DNA of 64,000 nucleotides from positions 2,377 to 66,376 of the forward strand of contig WRAG01000005.1 in NCBI GenBank assembly GCA_009780345.1, read 5' to 3'. The notes under the pieces are model-generated. The model saw only the letters and a list, made by a program, of their open reading frames with translations. It was not told where the DNA came from and searched no databases. Both the position numbers and the translations under genes were made by a program. Positions 35,219-44,591 of the stretch are shown here, piece by piece. Source of the DNA: Oscillospiraceae bacterium. GTDB taxonomy: Bacteria; Bacillota; Clostridia; Monoglobales; WRAG01. The stretch's first letter is position 1. Each line of letters starts with the position of its first letter.

Positions 35219-37762
35219 ATGAACGAAAACACAACTTCTTTACCGCAATCAAACTCTCCCGAGCATATTATCCGACCAAGAATGAATGCGCTTTTGGAAA
35301 AGGCTATCGAAAAGCCTTTAGTTGTCATCGAGGCTGGCACAGGCTATGGCAAAACCCGTGCGGTTGCTGACTTTGTGCAACAATGCGATATTCCTGCTAT
35401 GTGGATGCAGCTTTCCAAGTCAGACAATGTCGGCACGCGTTTTTGGGAAAGCTTTGCCAATTTAGGTATACATGTAGGAGAAAATGTAGTAAAACAATTT
35501 TTAGAGTTCGGTTTTCCCGATACAGAAAATAGATTGAAACAGCTTTTTGAAATGAGGTTTGATTTTATAGCGAACCGGCGCTTTATCCTTGTGTTTGATG
35601 ATCTTCATCTTATAAATAACCCGGCTGTGCTTAGATTTATAGAACGGGATGCAAATGAGCTTCCGAGTAGCTGCACAATGATTATGATTTGCCGGGAGAT
35701 GCCGCAAATTAATATTGCAAACTTAGAAGTTCGAGATATGGTATATCACATAAATGAGGAAGATTTAAATTTTACTGAACGCGAATTGGATAATTATTTG
35801 CAATTGCAAGAAGTATCGCCAAAGCCGCAAACTCTGCACAAAATTTTTCAAGATACACGCGGTTGGGCTTTCTCCGTGAACCTTATCGCGCGATCACTAA
35901 AAAAATCGCCGGCATATCCGGGTTATACCCGACCGGCGATAAAACATAATATCTTTAAATTAATTGAAGCAGAAGTGTGGAGCGTGGCGTCCGAACGATT
36001 GCAACGTTTCTGGCTGTGCCTTTCATTGATTGAACATCTTTCTATAGACTTGGTCACTATGCTGGCAAACGGTGATGAAGAATTGCTGACCGAACTTCAA
36101 CAACAAAGCGCATATGTGCGTTATGACAACGAGATAGGCGCGTACTTAATCCATCATCTGTTCTTGGATTTTCTTCACACGAAGCAAGACATGCTCACTG
36201 AATATGAAAAGTGTGAGACATATAAAATTTCCGCAGACTGGTGCAAGCTAAATGACTTTAGTATTGACGCGCTGAGATATTATGAAGAAATCAAGGATTA
36301 TGAATCAATTGTATCAATTATGTGGAAACTGCTTGAGTATACATCAAGTGAAATTCCACTTTATCTCATTGGTATTTTTGAGCGCGCGCCGACGGAAGTG
36401 TTTAATAATATAAATTTTTTCGCAGCCATGCATTTACACGCTTTACTTCGTTTAAATCGCTGGAAAGACTTTTTATCAATGGCAAAAAACTATGAAAAAA
36501 GGTTTCTTGGCCTGCCTGAGGATAATGCTTTCCGAAACCATACATTAAGCCTTATATATTTTTTCTGGTGTTGGGAGCGATTTTTAATGAGCGGAGCAGA
36601 CAATAGATATGATTTTGATGTGTATTTAGAAAAAGCCGTTAGTTGCTTGGAAAAATCGCCTAAAAATTTGATTCCAACCATTATAATGCCGCTAGGGCCA
36701 TGGGCCAGCGCAGTGAGAAGCGCAAAATCAGGAGTTCCTCGCGAATTCGCAGAAGCCGCGAGCCGAATGATAAATTGTGCTTGTAATGCTTCTATTTGTT
36801 TTTGCCATATAAGGGGATTAGATGATTTGCTTTGGGGTGAGCTTAATTTCTATCAAAACAACCTTGCCGACGCAGATTCTTTTTTGCTTTCGACGATTGA
36901 GCAAGCGCGTAAGTGTGGGCAATTTGAAGCTGAGCACAGAGCACTGTTTTACACCATGCGCACAGCCGTCATGCAGGGAAATTATCAAAAAGCTAAGCAG
37001 TCGCTAAACGACATAAAAACAATGATTGATATAAGCGGTTATTCTCGCCGTTTTCTCACACATGACATTGCTCATGGATGGTATTACTATCTCTTGCGAC
37101 AACCGGAAATGATTCCGAATTGGCTTAAAGAAAATTTTACTTCATATGATCATTCGTATTTTATCGAAAATTTCTGCAATCAAATGAAGGCCCGTTATCA
37201 CTACCTAACAAGGAACTATCAACCCCTGCTCACCTATATTGATGAAATGAAACATCGCGAGTCCATATTATATGGCAGAGTGGAAATGTTGGCGATTGAA
37301 GCTTGTGTATATTACCAAATGAACGATAAAAAAGCCGCGTTTGATGCTCTGTGGAATGCTTACGAAACGGCGGCGCCAAATAATATTGTGATGCCATTTA
37401 TCGAGCTGGGGAAAGATATGCGTACTCTTACCATGGCTGCTATAAACAACACAGATTGTGCAATTCCGAAGGAGTGGTTGGAAAACATCAAACGCAAGTC
37501 AGCTCTATATGCTAAATATCAGTCAACAATTATTTCTAAATATGAAAAAGAAAACAACATGAGCGGCATAAAAGCTTTATCCGCCAGAGAAACCGAAATT
37601 CTGCGCGATATGTGCAAAGGGCTTTCGCGCCAAGAAATTGCCACCAATCAGGAAATATCCATCAGTACAGTGAAAATGAATATGAATCATATTTATGAAA
37701 AACTAAACGCAAATTCAATGGCCGATGTCATTCGTATCGCAACAGAGTATAAGTTGGTGTAG
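35219..37762 (+). CDS. MalT/LuxR-family large ATP-binding transcriptional regulator (P-loop NTPase, helical/TPR-like repeats, C-terminal LuxR HTH)
   Basis: The Walker A motif is VVIEAGTGYGKTRAV and the Walker B-like motif is ILVFDDLHL. The C-terminal HTH reads LSARETEILRDMCKGLSRQEIATNQEISISTVKMNMNHIYEKLN. AAGGAGG lies 8 nt before the ATG at 35219. Confidence 0.8.
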   Translation: MNENTTSLPQSNSPEHIIRPRMNALLEKAIEKPLVVIEAGTGYGKTRAVADFVQQCDIPAMWMQLSKSDNVGTRFWESFANLGIHVGENVVKQFLEFGFPDTENRLKQLFEMRFDFIANRRFILVFDDLHLINNPAVLRFIERDANELPSSCTMIMICREMPQINIANLEVRDMVYHINEEDLNFTERELDNYLQLQEVSPKPQTLHKIFQDTRGWAFSVNLIARSLKKSPAYPGYTRPAIKHNIFKLIEAEVWSVASERLQRFWLCLSLIEHLSIDLVTMLANGDEELLTELQQQSAYVRYDNEIGAYLIHHLFLDFLHTKQDMLTEYEKCETYKISADWCKLNDFSIDALRYYEEIKDYESIVSIMWKLLEYTSSEIPLYLIGIFERAPTEVFNNINFFAAMHLHALLRLNRWKDFLSMAKNYEKRFLGLPEDNAFRNHTLSLIYFFWCWERFLMSGADNRYDFDVYLEKAVSCLEKSPKNLIPTIIMPLGPWASAVRSAKSGVPREFAEAASRMINCACNASICFCHIRGLDDLLWGELNFYQNNLADADSFLLSTIEQARKCGQFEAEHRALFYTMRTAVMQGNYQKAKQSLNDIKTMIDISGYSRRFLTHDIAHGWYYYLLRQPEMIPNWLKENFTSYDHSYFIENFCNQMKARYHYLTRNYQPLLTYIDEMKHRESILYGRVEMLAIEACVYYQMNDKKAAFDALWNAYETAAPNNIVMPFIELGKDMRTLTMAAINNTDCAIPKEWLENIKRKSALYAKYQSTIISKYEKENNMSGIKALSARETEILRDMCKGLSRQEIATNQEISISTVKMNMNHIYEKLNANSMADVIRIATEYKLV

Positions 37763-37888
37763 ATAAAGGTTAGATAACTAATGATTCGACTTGTTTGATA
37801 ACAAAAAATACAACAGAAATTTAGCAATTGCACTTTTTCAAAAAAGTTGGACAAAAGTTGGACGTTTCGATAATTTTAAGATAAAAAC

Positions 37889-37920
37889 AAGGGTTTCGCT
37901 TTTTGCGAAACCCTTATTTT
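37889..37920 (+). terminator. Rho-independent terminator, bidirectional in appearance, between the regulator gene and ssrA
   Basis: aagggtttcgc-ttttt-gcgaaaccctt followed by atttt. Confidence 0.6.
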
Positions 37921-37925
37921 ATAGA

Positions 37926-38273
37926 TGGTGGAGATGACGGGAGTTGAACCCGTGTCCGAAAATACATTCCCTATTGGCGCTACGAGCGTAGTTTATTGTT
38001 TAAATTCCCCTCAATATCACACAATAAACAAAGCAATATATCAGGTAGCCTCTGGTTCATGGGAAGATCGAGACACTTCTTCCTCACGTTCACCGCTAAA
38101 TTTGACGCCCACCCTCATCCCGCGGTTCGGATAAGTTAGGACGGCTACCTAATTAGGCAGCGTAAGCTAAATTTTTGTTAGCGTTTAATTTAAGTTTGGT
38201 CGCAGATTTAGGTGTTGCCCGACACCGCTCGCTCCCCTAAGTTCAATATTCCCGTCGAAACCATTTCATCCCC
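37926..38273 (-). ncRNA. ssrA: tmRNA (SsrA)
   Basis: The minus strand starts GGGGATGAAATGGTTTCGACGGG and ends GGACACGGGTTCAACTCCCGTCATCTCCACCA, a tRNA-Ala-like acceptor/T-arm with an encoded CCA. The internal tag frame is ...GCT AAC AAA AAT TTA GCT TAC GCT GCC TAA (..ANKNLAYAA-stop). smpB lies 570 bp upstream on the same strand. Confidence 0.9.
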
Positions 38274-38282
38274 GTCTTTTGC

Positions 38283-38650
38283 GCCTGCGGGCGCAACTCT
38301 TTTCGGGTCCGTCCCGAGGGCATGCGTCCTGCCGGACGGGCGATAAGGGCTCTGCCCTTACGGTAGGTTTCAGACAATCAAACTTCGTCAAAGTACGACT
38401 CGTTTTCTTGGGAAACCCTCAAGGGCGAACCATTAGCGAAATCAAGATTTCGATGGTTCAGCCTCAATCCCGGTCGCCTATGATCGCAAACGCCCGACTC
38501 GCTTCGCTTACTGGATAATTCGACTACGATTTTGCAAAAATCAGCAAAATCAAGTCTCATTTACAAAAAACGCGATTTGCGCCAAAGCCGGCGACAAAAA
38601 ACATAGATAACCGCATTCGCGGAAAAAATACCGAGTGCGAACACCGTTTT
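38283..38650. repeat. Intergenic mosaic repeat, family A copy 1
   Basis: It shares ordered blocks with 45716-46035 and 48722-48900: GTCCTGCCGGACGGGCG.TAAG.GCTCTGCCCTTACGGTAGGTTTCA; CTTGGGAAACCCTCAAGG.CGAACC.TTAGC; GGTTCAGCC.CAATCCCGGTCGCCTATG; CGCGATTTGCGCCAAAGCCGGCGACA.AAAAAC; CCGCATTCGCGGAAA. Confidence 0.7.
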
Positions 38651-38660
38651 AGTCTACTGC

Positions 38661-38843
38661 CTACCCCTTATCAATCATCGGTTTGCCATCGCTGTCGAGC
38701 AGCGGCGTCAATCCGCCGCCATAACCTGCTTGACTAAACAAATAATGTATGCCTGTATGTTTATCGCGAAGAATCATCGTCCCAATCGCCATACCATGAG
38801 ATTCCTTTGTCACTATTTCAAACCTTTTGTCTTTTTTACTCAC
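38661..38843 (-). CDS. Small conserved protein (DUF6440-like)
   Basis: [55 protein letters not shown]. The GTG start overlaps the smpB stop. The family assignment is from memory only. Confidence 0.5.
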   Translation of the reverse strand: MSKKDKRFEIVTKESHGMAIGTMILRDKHTGIHYLFSQAGYGGGLTPLLDSDGKPMIDKG

Positions 38844-39304
38844 CTAATCCGCTCCTTCATTACCCGCTCCATCTTTCGTTTGGCATCTCTTTCCGCCGTC
38901 GTATGCCGTTTGTCGTAGTTTTTCTTTCCTCTACACAGCCCAATCTCCAATTTCACCTTTGAACCAAGAAAATAAACTTCCAACGGAATAAGCGAATAGC
39001 CCTCCTGCTGCGTCAACCCAATCAGCTTGTTAATCTCCCGCCGATGAAGCAGCAACTTCCGCGTCCGAAGCGGATCTTTGTTAAAAATATTCCCCTTTTC
39101 GTAAGGGCTGATATGCATACCAATCAGCATTGCCTCGCCGGTTTTGCAAGAAATATAACTATCCTTTAAGTTCACCTTTTTATCGCGAATAGACTTCACT
39201 TCGGTTCCCGCAAGCGCGATTCCCGCCTCATATTTGTCCTCGACAAAATAATCGTGATACGCTTTTCGGTTGGTGGCAATTATTCGTTTTTGATTTTGTT
39301 CCAT
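38840..39304 (-). CDS. smpB: SsrA-binding protein SmpB
   Basis: [32 protein letters not shown]....[33 protein letters not shown]...[31 protein letters not shown]. Confidence 0.9.
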   Translation of the reverse strand: MEQNQKRIIATNRKAYHDYFVEDKYEAGIALAGTEVKSIRDKKVNLKDSYISCKTGEAMLIGMHISPYEKGNIFNKDPLRTRKLLLHRREINKLIGLTQQEGYSLIPLEVYFLGSKVKLEIGLCRGKKNYDKRHTTAERDAKRKMERVMKERIR

Positions 39305-39676
39305 AATTTCTTCCTTTTTGCGCCAATAGGCGCGGGGTTTTGCGCGGGCGCGCGCGACGCGTCAAGGACCAGTCCTTGACAATCCAGCAAGTTTTTGCGC
39401 GTCAAAAACTTGACTAAAACCGTCGCCCTCCCCGCCACGACCCACGCACAAAACGCGCGGGTGCCCCGTTTGGCGGAACCGCGGGCGAAAGTTAGTACAA
39501 ACATAACACTTTAACCAAACAATATCTCGCGCTTTTAGGCGCGGGCTGCTCTCGAACGAGCGCAGTGCTGTATCTCGTTACTTTTCCACGAACGCAGTTC
39601 GCTTCTTAACAAACACCCGTCACGCAGGGCGGGTGTTTTGAAACGAAATCCGCGGAGGGTGTTTCAGAGCTTCGCC
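39305..39676. repeat. Intergenic mosaic repeat, family B copy 1
   Basis: 39361-39427 (GTCAAGGACCAGTCCTTGACAATCCAGCAAGTTTTTGCGCGTCAAAAACTTGAC..) matches 47150-47215. ATCTCGCGCTTTTAGGCGCGGG occurs at 39523 and 47291. The terminal CCGCGGAGGGT..TTCGCCCTA block also lies next to secA. Confidence 0.7.
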
Positions 39677-41062
39677 CTAAAACTGAATCCTCTCCCTTAA
39701 ATAATTAACCAAATCTTCCATCTTTATTCGCTCTTGCTCCATACTGTCGCGATGACGCACGGTAACCGCGCCGTCTTCCTGGCTATCAAAATCGTAAGTT
39801 ATGCAAAACGGCGTTCCGATTTCGTCTTGGCGTCGATAACGTTTCCCGATACTTCCCGCCTCGTCATATTCGCACATAAATTCTTTGTTGAGCGTCTCGA
39901 AAACCTTGAAAGCACCTTCCGAAAGCTTCTTCGACAACGGCAAAACCGCCGCCTTAATCGGCGCAAGCGCCGGATGCAAACGTAACACCGTTCGGCTGTC
40001 GTCACCTTCCAATTGCTCCTCGTCATACGCGTCAACCAAAAACGCAAGCGCGACTCTGTCCGCGCCAAGCGACGGCTCAACACAATACGGAATGTATCGC
40101 TCGTTGGTTTCCGGGTCGATGTACTCCATTTTCTCGCCCGAATGCTCGCTGTGCTGTTTCAGGTCGAAATCAGTTCGGTCGGCGATTCCCCAAAGTTCGC
40201 CCCAGCCGAACGGGAACAAAAATTCGATGTCGGTCGTCGCCTTGCTGTAATGCGACAGCTCTTCCGCCGCATGGGCGCGCATTTTTATGTTTTCCGGCTT
40301 AATTCCAAGGTCAATCAGCCAGTTTTGGCAGAATTTTTCCCAATAATCGAACCATTCCAAGTCGGTTCCCGGCGCGCAGAAGAACTCAAGTTCAAGTTGC
40401 TCGAACTCGCGCGTTCTGAACACAAATTGCCCCGGCGTAATCTCGTTTCGGAACGATTTTCCGACCTGCGCAATTCCGAACGGAATTTTTTTGCGCATCG
40501 AACGCTGCACATTTTTAAAGTTCACAAATATTCCTTGCGCCGTTTCGGGACGGAGGAAAAGTTCGCTTTGACTGTCCTCGGTTACGCCTTGGAACGTCTT
40601 AAACATCAAGTTAAACTTGCGAATATCGGTAAAATTTTGCTTTTTACAACTCGGGCAAACGACGTTATTGTCCCTGATAAATTCCATCATTTTCTCGTTG
40701 CTCCAACCGTCCGCGCTCTCGTGCGTGATGTCTTCAATCAGTTTATCCGCGCGGTGACGGGTTTTACACTCCTTGCAATCCATAAGCGGGTCAGCGAATC
40801 CGCCAACGTGGCCGCTTGCAACCCAAACTTGCGGGTTCATCAAAATCGCCGCGTCCAATCCAACGTTGTACGGACATTCTTGCACAAACTTTTTCCACCA
40901 CGCACGTTTGACGTTATTTTTAAACTCAACCCCCAAAGGTCCATAGTCCCAAGTGTTAGACAGCCCGCCATATATCTCCGAACCGGCAAACACAAACCCG
41001 CGCCCCTTACAAAGCGCGACAATTTTATCCATAGTTTTTTCTGTATTAATCATTGATATCAT
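39677..41062 (-). CDS. glyQS: Glycine--tRNA ligase (class II, alpha2 type)
   Basis: [50 protein letters not shown]..., [25 protein letters not shown] and [14 protein letters not shown]. Confidence 0.9.
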   Translation of the reverse strand: MISMINTEKTMDKIVALCKGRGFVFAGSEIYGGLSNTWDYGPLGVEFKNNVKRAWWKKFVQECPYNVGLDAAILMNPQVWVASGHVGGFADPLMDCKECKTRHRADKLIEDITHESADGWSNEKMMEFIRDNNVVCPSCKKQNFTDIRKFNLMFKTFQGVTEDSQSELFLRPETAQGIFVNFKNVQRSMRKKIPFGIAQVGKSFRNEITPGQFVFRTREFEQLELEFFCAPGTDLEWFDYWEKFCQNWLIDLGIKPENIKMRAHAAEELSHYSKATTDIEFLFPFGWGELWGIADRTDFDLKQHSEHSGEKMEYIDPETNERYIPYCVEPSLGADRVALAFLVDAYDEEQLEGDDSRTVLRLHPALAPIKAAVLPLSKKLSEGAFKVFETLNKEFMCEYDEAGSIGKRYRRQDEIGTPFCITYDFDSQEDGAVTVRHRDSMEQERIKMEDLVNYLRERIQF

Positions 41063-41120
41063 TCCTTTTAAAATTATATTCGGTTAAGTATACCACTTTA
41101 ACTAAAATATGTCAAGCGAG

Positions 41121-41150
41121 TAAAACAAAAACCGCCTTTCGGCGGTTTCT
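41121..41150 (-). terminator. Rho-independent terminator after the 254-aa gene
   Basis: On the minus strand, AACCGCC-GAAA-GGCGGTT is followed by TTTTGTTTT. Confidence 0.6.
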
Positions 41151-41171
41151 GGTTGTATGATATGCGAAATA

Positions 41172-41936
41172 TTAGTCAACTAATACATAGCTAAACGTCA
41201 AACCGGGAACTTGATTGCTTGTTATCGTAAATATGTCATTTTCGATAGTATAGCTCCAACTTTCGGTCATAATACCGCCTGTTATATTCATCATTATATG
41301 ACCCGCTTCCGGAATCGACCATTCGAAGTTCTCCATCATCCCCGGTATGCCGCGCGTTCCCGTGCCATCTGCATTGAACGTGTATACATACTCAGTCGCG
41401 CTATCCCAAGCCCATGAAGTGTCAAGTAACTGATGCCCCGCAGGAATTCCTTCAACAAATTCCGTGCCGAAATCTCCAAAACCAAAACCTCCAAGCATTT
41501 CGGCAATAAGCGCGCCGAAATCCATCTCGTTAAACAAGTCCATCATCTCGTCCCAATCAACACCCTGAAGCTCGCCCATAATTTCGTTCCAGCTTACGTC
41601 AAGTCCCATTGCTTCAAACATTGACTCATATATAGGTCGAAACATAACCATTAATTGCTCCATCAGGTGAGGCTGGCTCAACAATACCGTGTTCGTCTCT
41701 TCATCGAAATCAACGTCAACGCCTAACGCTTCCGCGATTGCGCGAACCGGCAAAAACGTTCTGCCGTCTACAATAAACGGCGTCATATCTTCGTCAAAAT
41801 TTTGAACTTCGCCATTTACGCTAACTTGAACGCCAAAAAACACCTCACGCATTACGCCGCTGCTTGCAAAAACCGCTGTCAACAGCATAACGCAAGTTAA
41901 AATTCCCGCTATGTAACCTTTAATACCGTTTTTCAT
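41172..41936 (-). CDS. Secreted stalk-domain (CuAO-N-like) protein with a C-terminal beta-rich domain
   Basis: A signal/TM segment is followed by VSVNGEVQNFDEDMTPFIVDGRTFLPVRAIAEALGVDVDFDEETNTVLL. The C-terminal ..YTFNADGTGTRGIPGMMENFEWS.. is paralogous to the next gene. Confidence 0.6.
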   Translation of the reverse strand: MKNGIKGYIAGILTCVMLLTAVFASSGVMREVFFGVQVSVNGEVQNFDEDMTPFIVDGRTFLPVRAIAEALGVDVDFDEETNTVLLSQPHLMEQLMVMFRPIYESMFEAMGLDVSWNEIMGELQGVDWDEMMDLFNEMDFGALIAEMLGGFGFGDFGTEFVEGIPAGHQLLDTSWAWDSATEYVYTFNADGTGTRGIPGMMENFEWSIPEAGHIMMNITGGIMTESWSYTIENDIFTITSNQVPGLTFSYVLVD

Positions 41937-41985
41937 TTAAATTTCCTCCTATTATTTTAAATTTAATTTTTTATAATCAACAATA

Positions 41986-42810
41986 TTAATCAGCTCTCAT
42001 AAAATCCTGCGGGAATCCCGGAGTTGTCATACTCTCCAAAGTAAGCACATTTCCATCTTCGCTTATAGAATATCTGTGTTGCCAGGCAAACTCCCAACCG
42101 GCTCCAATCATATCCATCAACAAATAACCATCCGCAGATGTCATCCATGTGAAATCCTGCATAAGCGCAGAAATGCCGCGGCTTCCTGTCATATCAGCGT
42201 TAAAAAACACTCTATAATTGCCTTCAAAATCACCTAATAACGGAACATACCAATACCATTCGCCAACTAACACGCCTATAGAATCATTGCCTTCTCCGCT
42301 TGCAGGCGGTTCCGTTGCCGGCACATCACCTGTGCTTAAAATAACAGTTTGCGTGTCAACGTTCCATTCAACGTTTACGCCAAAGCTTTCCGCAACCGCG
42401 CGCGCCGGAACAAGCGTGCGGTTATCAATAATCAACGGCGGAACATCAAGTTCAAAATCTTGACTTGACGAAAACACGTCAGGGCGAGGTTCGTTTGTCG
42501 GCATTCCAATCCACAAATAAAATGTTTCAACCGTCATGATATTACTTCCGACTTGAAGCGTAACCACCGTTCTATGAACCGAAGTTTGTTCAGCGACAAT
42601 GGTTTGCGTATAATTGTCAAAATCAACTTCCGCGCCAAGCGCTTCAAAAATCGCGCGCAACGGAACCATTGTGCGATTGTCGATAATCTGCGGCGGAACG
42701 TCGAAATCAATTTGCACACCATCTAACGTAACGCTAATGTTCGCAAACGCCGCCGGAACAATTGCGAAAACAACTAATATTGCCAAAACTCCACTTAAAA
42801 TCTTTTTCAT
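41986..42810 (-). CDS. Secreted protein with two stalk (CuAO-N-like) domains, paralogue of 41172-41936
   Basis: The stalk domains are VTLDGVQIDFDVPPQIIDNRTMVPLRAIFEALGAEVDFD and FELDVPPLIIDNRTLVPARAVAESFGVNVEWN. The C-terminus reads ..FFNADMTGSRGISALMQDFTWM.. Confidence 0.6.
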   Translation of the reverse strand: MKKILSGVLAILVVFAIVPAAFANISVTLDGVQIDFDVPPQIIDNRTMVPLRAIFEALGAEVDFDNYTQTIVAEQTSVHRTVVTLQVGSNIMTVETFYLWIGMPTNEPRPDVFSSSQDFELDVPPLIIDNRTLVPARAVAESFGVNVEWNVDTQTVILSTGDVPATEPPASGEGNDSIGVLVGEWYWYVPLLGDFEGNYRVFFNADMTGSRGISALMQDFTWMTSADGYLLMDMIGAGWEFAWQHRYSISEDGNVLTLESMTTPGFPQDFMRAD

Positions 42811-42849
42811 TTATATCTCCTCCTCTAATTTTTTTGCCTTTTGATACTA

Positions 42850-43205
42850 ACATATCTATACTGAAATTGCAAGATATTTTAAAAAGATTTCCAAGGGAAT
42901 GACGGGTATCTACCTCAGGGTGAACCCTGAGCTCGCGCGCCATAAGGCACGCGTTCCGAGGCAAGCCTCGGAGTAATTACCCGGCTGTCGGCACAAAAAA
43001 GCCCTTGCATTTGAGACTTCGTTTGCGTGTTTTTTCGCAAGCGGTAGCCGGTAACGGCGGCTCGCGCTTGCGCGTAGCAATTACATTACGCCGTTTTGAC
43101 GCGTATTTTGCGTCCAAAGTGTCGGGGCGTAAGATTCGCTAAGCGAATCCACAGCCATCTACCAAGCAAGCATTTTTGTTACTCGAATAAATCCCTTGGA
43201 AACCG
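42850..43205. repeat. Hairpin-rich intergenic mosaic region
   Basis: It contains CCGGTAACGGCGGCTCGCGCTTGCGCGTAGCAATTAC, whose reverse complement recurs near 53250-53290 (GGTAATTGCCACGCGCTAAAGCGCGGGCTACCGTTACCG). Many short GC stems are present. Confidence 0.5.
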
Positions 43206-43209
43206 TGTG

Positions 43210-44202
43210 TTATTTATACCTATCAATATCGCCGAGCCCTATTCCCTCATGAAGCGAAATATTAATCCCGTTCGCCACAACGGCGGCAATATCATCAATA
43301 TCCGAATCTATATCCTTCGGCGCAACAATCATATCACCCACAATCGGTGAGATAACCTTTTTTATCAGCTCATACCTATCTTCCCGCCTCATCGAGTCTA
43401 TAAACGCAAATCCCGCGACTTTATCCGAACTGGTATGTTCCAATTCGTCCCGCAAAAGGGATAAAACTAGCTCAATACTATCATCCGCAATGGTCGCCGC
43501 GTCAACAACGGTCGGAACTCCAACCGCAATCACCGGAACCCCCAACGTCTTTTCGTTAAGCGCCATTCGTTTGTTTCCAATTCCCGAACCGGGCGTAATT
43601 CCTGTGTCCGCAATCTGTATGGTGGTGTTAATCCGCTCCATATTTCGTGAGCAAAGCGCGTCAATGGCGATTACCATAGCGGGTTTAACCCGCTCGACCA
43701 ACCCAAGCGTAATCTCGCTCGTTTCAACTCCGGTAAGCCCAAGTACGCCGGGCGAAATGGCGCAAACAGGGCGAACGCCGTCTTGCACTTCCTCCGGCAT
43801 ATGCTCTAAAAGGTGGCGCGTGACCATAACCTCCTCAACAACTTTCGGTCCGAGTGAATCAGCGGTTATATTCCAATTCCCAAGACCGACCACCAATACC
43901 GTATCGCCCGCTTTCAGGCGAATAATCCGCGCAAGTTCCCGCGCAACGGCGCGGCAGATAGCCTCATAAACTTTCTGTTCATGCGACATATGCCGCGGAA
44001 TTTCAAGGGTGATGTAATTCCCTTTTTCCTTGCCAAGCGCGTCCGACGCGTCGTCAGAATCAATTCTCACCCGCGTAATTTTTATACTGTCCTCAACAAC
44101 TTCGTCCTCTACCCGAATCCCGGGAATACTTTCATTCACCTCGGAACTGTTAATCAATATATCATGCGCCTCTATTGCCAAATCCGTTCTGGAACTATAC
44201 AT
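43210..44202 (-). CDS. gpr: Germination protease (GPR endopeptidase)
   Basis: RTDLAIEAHD..., VLVVGLGNWNITADSLGPKVVEEVMVTRHL, VIAIDALCSRNMERINTTIQIADTGITPGSGIGNKR and LGVPVIAVGVPTVVDAATIA are collinear with Bacillus Gpr as I remember it. Confidence 0.85.
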   Translation of the reverse strand: MYSSRTDLAIEAHDILINSSEVNESIPGIRVEDEVVEDSIKITRVRIDSDDASDALGKEKGNYITLEIPRHMSHEQKVYEAICRAVARELARIIRLKAGDTVLVVGLGNWNITADSLGPKVVEEVMVTRHLLEHMPEEVQDGVRPVCAISPGVLGLTGVETSEITLGLVERVKPAMVIAIDALCSRNMERINTTIQIADTGITPGSGIGNKRMALNEKTLGVPVIAVGVPTVVDAATIADDSIELVLSLLRDELEHTSSDKVAGFAFIDSMRREDRYELIKKVISPIVGDMIVAPKDIDSDIDDIAAVVANGINISLHEGIGLGDIDRYK

Positions 44203-44396
44203 ATGCGTTCATCCTTTCACATATGTAAATCTTCCCAAAACACCGATTTTTTATTCATAATTCAGCGCTAATTCAACTCTGTAACGCAAATTTAATTTGA
44301 CAAAATATTACAAAATGCAGTATAATATAATTTAAGCAGAATTAAAAACGGCAAATAGCCGGATGGTTACGTTCACTTCCGAAAGGAGGTGATTTT

Positions 44397-44474
44397 ATGG
44401 AGATTGTATACATAGTTTCAATTACTATCGTGTCAATCATTGCGATACTCGCAATCAGAAATATAAAAAAGTAA
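44397..44474 (+). CDS. 25-aa hydrophobic micro-ORF
   Basis: GAAAGGAGGTG lies 6 nt before the ATG. The product is MEIVYIVSITIVSIIAILAIRNIKK, followed by the hairpin gtaaccgc-N15-gcggttac. Confidence 0.35.
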   Translation: MEIVYIVSITIVSIIAILAIRNIKK

Positions 44475-44591
44475 CCGCCCCTCGTCAAAAGTAGCGGTTA
44501 CTTAACTTGCGTACTTGGGCGTAACCGTTTAAGGTTCTGCCTTTTTATGTCTTTATTATACAACGATATTTCTAATTTGTCAAGGCTTTTC

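Noticed and set aside
1-37900. Intact prophage, conjugative element or defence island
   Set aside because: No capsid, terminase, relaxase, T4SS, restriction-modification, toxin-antitoxin or cas-like motifs were recognised. The only mobility genes are one intact tyrosine recombinase and decayed remnants.
38279-38560. Short ORFs lying within the intergenic repeats (38279-38518, 45710-46084, 47324-47968, 53484-53812)
   Set aside because: Copies of the repeats differ by indels that are not multiples of three. The similarity is at the DNA and hairpin level, not in any one frame. No RBS is present.
38283-38650. Family A repeat as a known housekeeping RNA (6S, SRP/4.5S or RNase P RNA) next to ssrA
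   Set aside because: It occurs in three copies in 11 kb. I could not see the conserved SRP domain IV motif, the RNase P P4 motif or a 6S-like long central bubble. Rfam was not run, so this rejection is soft.
40013-41056. 347-aa plus-strand ORF opposite glyQS. Similar cases are 59127-59984 opposite metK, 50526-51158 opposite secA and 46524-47069 opposite prfA.
   Set aside because: The opposite strand encodes unmistakable housekeeping proteins. The antisense translations are Arg-rich nonsense without start signals.
41063-41171. T-box riboswitch upstream of glyQS
   Set aside because: Only about 110 nt separate glyQS from the upstream terminator. I could not find a specifier-loop, T-box (AGGGUGGNACCGCG-like) or antiterminator arrangement.
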